Source: an uncultured Acidobacteriota bacterium (GTDB lineage: Bacteria; Acidobacteriota; Thermoanaerobaculia; Multivoradales; UBA5704). From it: DNA of 64,000 bases. The notes under the pieces were generated by a model that was given only the letters and a program-made list of their open reading frames with translations, had not been told where the DNA came from and ran no database searches. Position numbers and translations under genes: made by a program. Shown piece by piece: positions 57,500 through 64,000 of this stretch (position 1 is its first letter; each line of letters starts with the position of its first letter). The DNA is taken from NCBI GenBank assembly GCA_963770895.1, contig CAVYRF010000002.1, forward strand, positions 2,432,001 through 2,496,000. The letters run 5' to 3'.

Positions 57500-58702
57500 G
57501 TGCGGATTCTCCTCATCACTTCACGGTATCCCTGGCCGCCGCGCCGGGGCGATCAGCTGCGGACGTGCCAGATGCTGGGGCTGCTGGCGCCGGCGCATCG
57601 CGTGACGCTGTTGACGCCGCGGCCGGCGCCGGACGCGCCGGCGTCGCCGCCGGGGCTGGACGTGGAGGTGATCACCTACCGGCCAGGCGGCGGCCTGGGC
57701 GTGGTGCGTGCGGCGGCGACCGGCCAGCCGCTGCAAAGCGGCCTCTTCTTTGCGCCCGACCTGCGGCGGCAGCTGCGCCGGCTGGCGCCGCGGTGCGACG
57801 TGGCGGTGCTGCAGCTGGTGCGCCTCGCCGCCCACCTGGACGATCTGGGCGATACGCCGGTGATCGTCGACCTGATCGACGACCTGGCGCTCAACTTCAG
57901 CCGCCGGGCGGCGATCGACCGCCCCTGGCTGCGCCCGGTCTGGCAGCTGGAGGCCGGCCTGCTGCTGCGCGCCGAGCGCCGCCTGGCGCAACGCGCCGCT
58001 GCCGTCCTGCTGGTCTGCGACCGCGATCGTCAACACCTGGCGCGTCACCTGTCCCCCGCTCAAGGTGCCCGCCTGGCCACGGTCGCCTTGGCTGTCGAGG
58101 CTCCGGCCCTTCCGCTGCATGAGGGGGGGCCGCGGGGCGAGCTGCGGCGGCTGGTGTTTACCGGCAACCTGGGCTACTTCGTGAACGCCGACGCCATCCG
58201 CTGGTGGCTGCGGGAGGTGTGGCCGCTGCTGGTGGCTCGCCATCCCGCGGTGCGGCTGGAGGTGGCCGGCGATCGTCCGACGGCGGCGGTGCGCGCGGCG
58301 ATCGCCGTTGCCGGGGGCGCGGCGGCGGGGGTTTCCCTTGTGGAGTCGGCACCCGACCTGGGAAGGGTGCTGGCCGGCGCGGCTGCCGCGCTGGCGCCGA
58401 TGCGCTGCGGGTCGGGGGTGCCGATCAAGGTGCTGGAGGCGTGGGCGGCCGGGGTGCCGGTGGTGGCGTCGCCCTGGGCCGCCGCCGGCACGACCGCGGT
58501 GCCCGGCCAGGATCTGGAGGTCGCGGACACGCCTGGGCAGTGGGTGGAGATCCTGTCCCGCCTGCTGAACGACCCGGCCGCCGGCCGGCGGCTGACGGAC
58601 CACGGCAGGCGCCGCCTTGCCGCCGACTACTCCCGCGCCCGCACCGAGCAGCAGCTGCGCGATGTGATGACACGCCTGCTGGACGGGTCGCCACCCCGCT
58701 GA
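57500..58702 (+). CDS. Glycosyltransferase family 4
   Basis: RILLITSRYPWPP..GDQLR, FTGNLGY..N.DA and APMR.GSG..IKVLEA.A.G.PVV. Confidence 0.85.
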   Translation: MRILLITSRYPWPPRRGDQLRTCQMLGLLAPAHRVTLLTPRPAPDAPASPPGLDVEVITYRPGGGLGVVRAAATGQPLQSGLFFAPDLRRQLRRLAPRCDVAVLQLVRLAAHLDDLGDTPVIVDLIDDLALNFSRRAAIDRPWLRPVWQLEAGLLLRAERRLAQRAAAVLLVCDRDRQHLARHLSPAQGARLATVALAVEAPALPLHEGGPRGELRRLVFTGNLGYFVNADAIRWWLREVWPLLVARHPAVRLEVAGDRPTAAVRAAIAVAGGAAAGVSLVESAPDLGRVLAGAAAALAPMRCGSGVPIKVLEAWAAGVPVVASPWAAAGTTAVPGQDLEVADTPGQWVEILSRLLNDPAAGRRLTDHGRRRLAADYSRARTEQQLRDVMTRLLDGSPPR

Positions 58703-58793
58703 TCGATCGGATCGGCACTGCCGCCGATTTCGACGCCATCCACTGCGAATTTCACTGTAGAGGCCACGATGGCCAGGGCGCGCGGATCTTTAG

Positions 58794-59255
58794 TTAGCGG
58801 GGTTGCCAGCCGGCTGGGGCCAGCTCGAAGGTGGCGAAGTCGAAGGCGGGGGTGACGTGGCAGCCGGCCAGGGTCCAGGGGCCTTGGGACTGGGCGGTTT
58901 GCCAGGCGCCGGCGGGGACCAGGGCTTGCGGGAGGTCGCCGCGTACGGGGTCGGAACCCAGGGTGAAGGTGTGAGTCGAGCCGCCCTGCGCGACCTGGAG
59001 GACGAGCGGGGCTCCCGCGTGGTGGTACCAGACTTCGTCGGCGTCCAGAAGGCGATGCCAGGCGGAGCGTTCGCCGCGCCGCAGCAGGAACTGGATGGCG
59101 CTCCAAGCGCCCCGTCCGCCGGCGGGAGGCACATCGCGGAAGGTTTCGCGGTACCAGCCCCCTTCGGGGTGGGGCGCGAGGCCCAGGGCGGCGATGATCT
59201 CGTCGGCGGCGGGGCCGCCGCTGCTACCAGCGATCGCGTCCGCCTCCCTGGGCAC
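58794..59255 (-). CDS. Cupin_5 (DUF985) protein
   Basis: LGL.PHPEGGWYRETF, S.WHR...DEVW.HH.G, PQ..VPAG.WQ and GC.V.PAFDF..FEL. Start uncertain. Confidence 0.85.
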   Translation of the reverse strand: MPREADAIAGSSGGPAADEIIAALGLAPHPEGGWYRETFRDVPPAGGRGAWSAIQFLLRRGERSAWHRLLDADEVWYHHAGAPLVLQVAQGGSTHTFTLGSDPVRGDLPQALVPAGAWQTAQSQGPWTLAGCHVTPAFDFATFELAPAGWQPR

Positions 59256-59583
59256 GGCCGCCGCCGCCGCCACCGCCCCAGCCGCCACCACCGCCGCCGC
59301 CGCTGCGCGAGCCGCCGCCACCACCACCGCCGCCTTCGGTGCGTGGGCGGGCTTCGTTGACGTTGAGCTTTCTACCCATCAGCTCGCGGCCGTTGAGACC
59401 GGTGATTGCCGCCTCGGCTTCGTGGCGCTCGGGCATCTCGAGGAAGCCGAAGCCCTTGGACGAGCCGGTGACCTTGTCCTTGATGATGGTGCAGCTGGCC
59501 ACCTGGCCGTACTCCTCGAAGGCTTCTTTCAGCTGATCCTCCGTCAAGCGGTACGGCAGGTTTCCCACATACAGGTTCGTCAT
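59224..59583 (-). CDS. RRM (RNP-1) RNA-binding protein with Gly-rich tail
   Basis: AAGGAG RBS; RNP2 LYVGNL, RNP1 KGFGFLEM and L.VNEARPR. Confidence 0.93.
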   Translation of the reverse strand: MTNLYVGNLPYRLTEDQLKEAFEEYGQVASCTIIKDKVTGSSKGFGFLEMPERHEAEAAITGLNGRELMGRKLNVNEARPRTEGGGGGGGGSRSGGGGGGGWGGGGGGGRAQGGGRDRW

Positions 59584-59855
59584 GGTCTCTCCTTGACAGG
59601 GCTCACCGCGCTGCATGCGGTGCTGTCGTTTCGCACCCCGGGACAGGATGCGAATTTGTAAGTTCCGCCTGCGCGGCGGCGTTTCCAGCTGATTGGTAGA
59701 GGTCTCTGGTCTGTATACGCAAGCCGGAACTCTCTGGTCGGGTCAATAAGCAGGTTTCGTGCCGGTTTTTGGGGGCTGGCCGGCGAGGACCTCATGCTAG
59801 GATGACATTCCCGCATCCGACCGGCGACACAACAACGACGAAAAGGGGCATTTCG

Positions 59856-61343
59856 ATGGCAGGTCAGCAGTCCTCTGGGGGCGTTCTCTTGCGCACGCTC
59901 ATCGCTTTGGTGGTGCTGTTGCTGGGCGGGCTGAGCGCGGCGATCTTCTGGACGGGGCGTCCGCCGCATGTCGAGATTCAACCGGGACTGCCCGGCATCG
60001 GCCGCCGTACGCCGGTGGCGGTCAAGCTTGACGATACCGGTCACGTTGCCAAGCTTTCCGTCGCGGTGGTGCAGGGTATGGACGTCAAGCCGGTGGCGGA
60101 CCGCACCTTTGTCACCCACCCGGCCTGGATGTTCTGGCGCTCCGCGGCGCCGGCGACGATCAGCGTGGACGTCGGCAAGGACACGGTGGCCGGTCTGCGC
60201 GGCGGCGAGGCGACCCTCCGCGTCACTGCCGACCGTGCCGGGTCGCTGCTGCGCCAGCCGGACCCCGTGGTGGCCGAATTGAAGCTGCCGGTGCGTCTGG
60301 CGCCGCCCGCGCTCACCGTGCTGTCGGGCTTCCACTACGTGGCACAGGGGGGCTGCGAAGCGGTGGTCTACCGCGTCGGCGACGGTGCGGTGCGCGACGG
60401 CGTGCAGTCGGGCAGCTGGTGGTTCCCCGGCTACCCGATGCCCGGCGGCGACCCCCACACCCGCTTCGCCCTGTTCGCCGTCCCCTACGACACCGGCGAC
60501 GCCTCGGCCGTGCACCTGGTGGCGGTGGACGACGTGGGCAACCAGGCGCAGGCGTCGTTCGTGGACCAATTCTTCATCAAGCCGCTCAAGCACGACATCA
60601 TCCAGGTGGACGACGCGTTTCTGGGCCGCGCGGTGCCCGAGATCATGCGCGAGACGCCAGACCTGGCCGACCGCGGCGACCTGCTGCAGAACTACCTGCA
60701 GATCAACGGCGACCTGCGGCGCAAGGAAGGCAAGCAGCTGGAGGCCCTGGCGGCGCATTCGGCGGACCACTTCCTGTGGAAGGAGCCCTTTCTGCCGATG
60801 CGCAATGCCAAGATCACCGCCGCGTTCGCGCAGCGCCGCGACTATCAGTACAAGGGGCGTCATATCGATCAGCAGGACCACCTGGGATTCGACATGGCGA
60901 GCGTCGAGCACGACTCGGTGCCGGCGTCCAACAGCGGGGTGGTGCTGCTGGCCCACTATTTTGGCATTTATGGCAACGCAGTGGTCATCGACCACGGTTA
61001 CGGCCTGATGAGCCTGTACGGCCACCTGTCCTCGATCACCGTCCACGAGGGGCAGCAGGTGCAGCGCAGCCAGGAGGTCGGGCGCTCCGGCAAGACGGGC
61101 CTGGCGGGCGGCGACCACCTTCACTTCACCATGTTGCTGCGCGGCCTGCCGGTCAACCCGGTGGAGTGGTGGGACCCGCATTGGATCCAGGACCGCATCA
61201 CCCGCAAGCTCGGCCCCGCCTTCGGCCTGCCGGGCAGCGGCACCACGCCGGCGCCGGCCGCCGCAGCCTCCGCGTCGGCCCCGCCCACCCAATCGCCAGC
61301 CGCCGCCCGCGCCGCGCGCCACCGCCGGCCCGGCCACCGCTAG
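59856..61343 (+). CDS. M23 family metallopeptidase with N-terminal anchor
   Basis: TM segment; HLGFD, YGNAVVIDHG, LYGHLS and GDHLHF. Confidence 0.88.
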   Translation: MAGQQSSGGVLLRTLIALVVLLLGGLSAAIFWTGRPPHVEIQPGLPGIGRRTPVAVKLDDTGHVAKLSVAVVQGMDVKPVADRTFVTHPAWMFWRSAAPATISVDVGKDTVAGLRGGEATLRVTADRAGSLLRQPDPVVAELKLPVRLAPPALTVLSGFHYVAQGGCEAVVYRVGDGAVRDGVQSGSWWFPGYPMPGGDPHTRFALFAVPYDTGDASAVHLVAVDDVGNQAQASFVDQFFIKPLKHDIIQVDDAFLGRAVPEIMRETPDLADRGDLLQNYLQINGDLRRKEGKQLEALAAHSADHFLWKEPFLPMRNAKITAAFAQRRDYQYKGRHIDQQDHLGFDMASVEHDSVPASNSGVVLLAHYFGIYGNAVVIDHGYGLMSLYGHLSSITVHEGQQVQRSQEVGRSGKTGLAGGDHLHFTMLLRGLPVNPVEWWDPHWIQDRITRKLGPAFGLPGSGTTPAPAAAASASAPPTQSPAAARAARHRRPGHR

Positions 61344-61421
61344 GCGGCGGGCGCTGACGCAATGCCGGCGCTCCTGACAGGGGAGTGCCGGGGTCGGCTC
61401 GGACCCCGATTCGGGGTTGGC

Positions 61422-62603
61422 TTAACGGGCGGCGGAGCGCAGGGTCTGACGGGCGCGCAGCAGGCGCTGGAGGTTTTGGCGGACCCAGCGGTCGGCGCGG
61501 TCGAAGTGGCGGAACTGGCGCTCGCGGCGGCGAAATTCCGGGGTGTGGAAGTAGCGCCGGCCGTTGCGGGTCACCGGCGGCAGATCGGCGTGCAGCAGCT
61601 CATGGTAGACGATCGATTCGACCACGTAGCGCGGCACTTCCGTGCGGTCGAGCACGCGGTGGATGCGCACCAGGCGGTCTTCGTACGCATAGCTGCCGAG
61701 CTGCAGGCTGGCGGTCCGGGTGCGGCGGCAGTTGTGGGCGGGAGTGCTGGCTTCGCCTGCCGACTTGCCCCAGGTGATGCGCACCTTGAGCCGTCCGTCA
61801 AAGTAGTCGCGGTTGAGCGCTTCGGCCAATTCCCGCAGATCGAGGGTGGCGCCGACCGGTTGCAGCCGGATGCGGCGCGCGGCATCGGCCGTCTGCGGGG
61901 TGCGCCCCGCCCAACGGCGGTAGCGCTGGAAGTGCTCGCGGATGGTCCCCAGGGCCTGGCGGGCGGGCGCGCCGCCCCTGGGCTCGCTGAGAAACACCGC
62001 CACCGCCCGCAGCACCGCTTCGGGCGCGATGGTGAAGCAGCGATGGATGCGCAGATCGATCGGCGCATCCTGAGCCTGGCGGCCCGCCGCTGCGGCGCGG
62101 CTATCGCTGCCAGCGCTGCCAGCGCTGCCAGCGCGGCCAGCGCGCCCAGCGCCGCCAGCGCGCCGGGACGCCGCGATCGGGCGCACCGACAGGATGGTGC
62201 GGCGGTTGTCGGTGAGGACCAGCGTGCGCAGCCGCCCGCCGGTCAATTTGCCGAGGCGCCGGTGGAGGCCGGCGTAGAGCGCCGCCGGCGATGCGGTGGT
62301 CTGGAAGTCGTCGGCTTCCGGGCCGGCGAGCCCCGGCAGGAGCGGCATTGCCGCCGCCGCCGGTGCGAGCCTGGGAAAGCGTGGCGCCTGCCGCGGGAAG
62401 CTGCGCTCCACCTGGGACTGGGCGCCGGACCGCGGTAATTCGCGGGGGGCGCGGGGGGTATGCGGCTGGCGCGCCGGGCCTGCTGCACCCCGCCCGCCGA
62501 ACAGCTCCATCTGCAAAGGTTGCAGGCCCGGGCCTGGCTGGACGTGGTGCAGCGGCCTCAGCAGCTGCCGGGTGGAGTGCGCCGGCGCCGGCTGCGATCT
62601 CAT
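61422..62603 (-). CDS. SprT/YgjP-like zinc metalloprotease domain protein
   Basis: LN..YF, ITWG, LGSY, I.IHR.LD, YHELLH and H..EFR..E. Confidence 0.75.
   Translation of the reverse strand: MRSQPAPAHSTRQLLRPLHHVQPGPGLQPLQMELFGGRGAAGPARQPHTPRAPRELPRSGAQSQVERSFPRQAPRFPRLAPAAAAMPLLPGLAGPEADDFQTTASPAALYAGLHRRLGKLTGGRLRTLVLTDNRRTILSVRPIAASRRAGGAGRAGRAGSAGSAGSDSRAAAAGRQAQDAPIDLRIHRCFTIAPEAVLRAVAVFLSEPRGGAPARQALGTIREHFQRYRRWAGRTPQTADAARRIRLQPVGATLDLRELAEALNRDYFDGRLKVRITWGKSAGEASTPAHNCRRTRTASLQLGSYAYEDRLVRIHRVLDRTEVPRYVVESIVYHELLHADLPPVTRNGRRYFHTPEFRRRERQFRHFDRADRWVRQNLQRLLRARQTLRSAAR
62105..62158 (+). repeat. Six imperfect 9-bp tandem units (CGCTGCCAG) inside the SprT-like gene
   Basis: CGCTGCCAG x3, then CGCGGCCAG, CGCGCCCAG and CGCCGCCAG; encodes AG(S/R/G)-type repeats. 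Confidence 0.8.
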
Positions 62604-62754
62604 GCTCTTTCCACCCACATCCACCTCCATCCATCGAGGCGCCGTGCGACTGTCCCGCGACTCTGCGGACGGTTTGCTCTCGCGGGCGGAACACACTCTA
62701 GCACAGGCGTGGCGGGCTTTTGCTGCCACCTATGCCAAGGGTGTCAGGGCTTTG

Positions 62755-63768
62755 TTACGGCAGCAGCCACCGCTCGCCGACGGCCAGGGTATGTACCTGG
62801 CCGGGGTTCCCATGCGCCGCCGCCACGGCGTCGGCCAGGGCCTGCGGCGGCAGGTCCAACGGCTCGTCCGTGAGGTCGAACGTCCCCCAATGCATGGGGA
62901 TCATCGCCGCCGCGCCGAGCTCGCGGCAGGCCTGGTATGCCTCGGCGGGGTTCATGTGGGCGTACCGCATGAACCAGCGCGGTTCGTAGGCCCCGATCGG
63001 CAGCAGCGCGACGTCGATCGGCGCAAACCGCCGGCCGATCTCCGCGAAGCCGCCAAAGTACCCGCTGTCGCCGGCAAAGTAGTAGCGGCGGCGACCCGAG
63101 TCGACCAGCCACGAACACCACAGGCTGGAGTTGCGCCTGACCCCGAAGCGGTTCGACCAGTGCTGGGCCGGCAGGCACGTCAAGGTCCACCGCCCCAGGC
63201 GGGCCGACTGCCACCAGTCGAGCTCCCGCACCACCCCCGACCCAGCCACCCCCGCCGCCGTCGCCGCGCCCTCCGGCCGGCCGCCGCCGCTGCGCCGCCG
63301 CCGCCGCAGCCAGTCGCCGAGACCGAGCGGCGCGAACCAGCTGACACCGGCCGGCAGGCGGGCGACGGTCCAGGCGTCCAGGTGGTCGTAGTGGTTGTGC
63401 GAGACGATCGCCAGGGCGGTGTCCGGGACCGCCGACAGCGGGATGCCCGGCGGCGCGTGGCGGCGCGGCAGCAGCGCCCGCGCCCCCCAATGCGGGTCGG
63501 TCAGCAGGACCTCGCCCGCGTCCTGGATCGCGAAGGAGGAGTGGCCCACCCAGGTGACCGAGTCGGCCGCGCCGGGGTCGCCCAGGTAGGCCCCGTCGTT
63601 GGCGACGCGGGGCACGCGCGGCGGCACGGTCTTGTCATAGGGATTGCGCGCCAGCTTCCAGCGCAGAGCGTCGCGCAGTCCCCGCTGGGTCTCTTCCCAG
63701 GGGTTGAAAAAGCCGCCCGCGGCGCGGTGCGCGGCGTATAGGGGGTTGCTGTCGTCGGGCTCGCTCAT
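62755..63768 (-). CDS. Metallo-beta-lactamase-fold hydrolase (NAPE-PLD/RomA-like)
   Basis: WVGHSS, LTDP, SHNHYDHLD, PAQHWS, FAGDSGY, PIGAYEP, HMNP and PMHWGTF. Confidence 0.9.
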   Translation of the reverse strand: MSEPDDSNPLYAAHRAAGGFFNPWEETQRGLRDALRWKLARNPYDKTVPPRVPRVANDGAYLGDPGAADSVTWVGHSSFAIQDAGEVLLTDPHWGARALLPRRHAPPGIPLSAVPDTALAIVSHNHYDHLDAWTVARLPAGVSWFAPLGLGDWLRRRRRSGGGRPEGAATAAGVAGSGVVRELDWWQSARLGRWTLTCLPAQHWSNRFGVRRNSSLWCSWLVDSGRRRYYFAGDSGYFGGFAEIGRRFAPIDVALLPIGAYEPRWFMRYAHMNPAEAYQACRELGAAAMIPMHWGTFDLTDEPLDLPPQALADAVAAAHGNPGQVHTLAVGERWLLP

Positions 63769-63837
63769 CTGTGTGGCCACTGCTCTATCATGAGTCGCCG
63801 GGCAGGCAAAGTCTGCGCCTCCCATGGAGACCTGGAG

Positions 63838-64000
63838 ATGGTCGATTCGTTGCGGCTACCCGAGGAGGAGCGCCAGGCGCTGTGGCAGCACCTGGCCGAT
63901 GCGGTCGAAACGTACGCGCGCGACGTGCACACCGCGCCGGTGGCGCCCGCCCCCGCCGACGTCGATCCCGGCAGGCTGCGCGACCTGCTGTCCTCCTGGG
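63838..64000 (+). CDS. Probable PLP-dependent (group II) decarboxylase, 3'-partial
   Basis: Only the N-terminus is visible (..ERQALWQHLADAVETY....APVAP...LRDLL), which resembles group II decarboxylase starts. Confidence 0.4.
   Translation, partial: MVDSLRLPEEERQALWQHLADAVETYARDVHTAPVAPAPADVDPGRLRDLLSSW

Noticed and set aside
62710-62725. TGGCGGGCTTTTGCT as a sigma54 promoter
   Set aside because: The spacing is GG-N9-GC rather than N10, and it faces no gene on that strand.
1-64000. CRISPR array, rRNA, prophage or retron/RT genes
   Set aside because: No regularly spaced repeats and no rRNA-like, phage structural or reverse transcriptase motifs were seen.

Overview
A high-GC bacterial chromosome segment. 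The Oar-like TonB receptor, VWFA-related proteins, sulfatase-TPR fusions and short PheT suggest Acidobacteriota, but that assignment is inference. From left to right: (i) cell-wall genes (M23 peptidase and an L,D-transpeptidase-like protein with a degenerate active site), a Ycf45-like AAA/R3H ATPase and an orphan ketosynthase. (ii) A ~19 kb envelope locus: a sigma54-type promoter, TonB-dependent receptor, TPR proteins, two Thr-nucleophile 'sulfatase'-TPR proteins and a pentein-like protein, plus a divergent transglutaminase-TPR lipoprotein and two VWA paralogs. (iii) Housekeeping genes: two tRNA-Val, thrS-infC-rpmI-rplT-pheS-pheT, pyrD, a brnTA pair with a frameshifted toxin, zapA-6S RNA-rny-ymdB and tlyA-nadK-tamB-tamA/bamA. 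(iv) A lower-GC accessory block with a PD-(D/E)xK-like gene and a nested IS stack. An IS3-family element (48403-55872) is split by a 4.7 kb cargo-carrying IS1595-family element (49189-53909; 24-bp TIRs, 8-bp TSD), which itself holds a truncated ISAzo13, and by an IS1182/IS5-like element (54247-55719). (v) ribBA, a GT4, a cupin, an RRM protein, an M23 peptidase, a SprT-like protein, an MBL hydrolase and a partial PLP decarboxylase. No CRISPR array or rRNA was seen. The best candidates for an undescribed system are the TBDR/Thr-'sulfatase'-TPR/pentein/TGase/VWA envelope locus and the IS1595 cargo module. All product calls come from motif recognition by eye; no searches were run.
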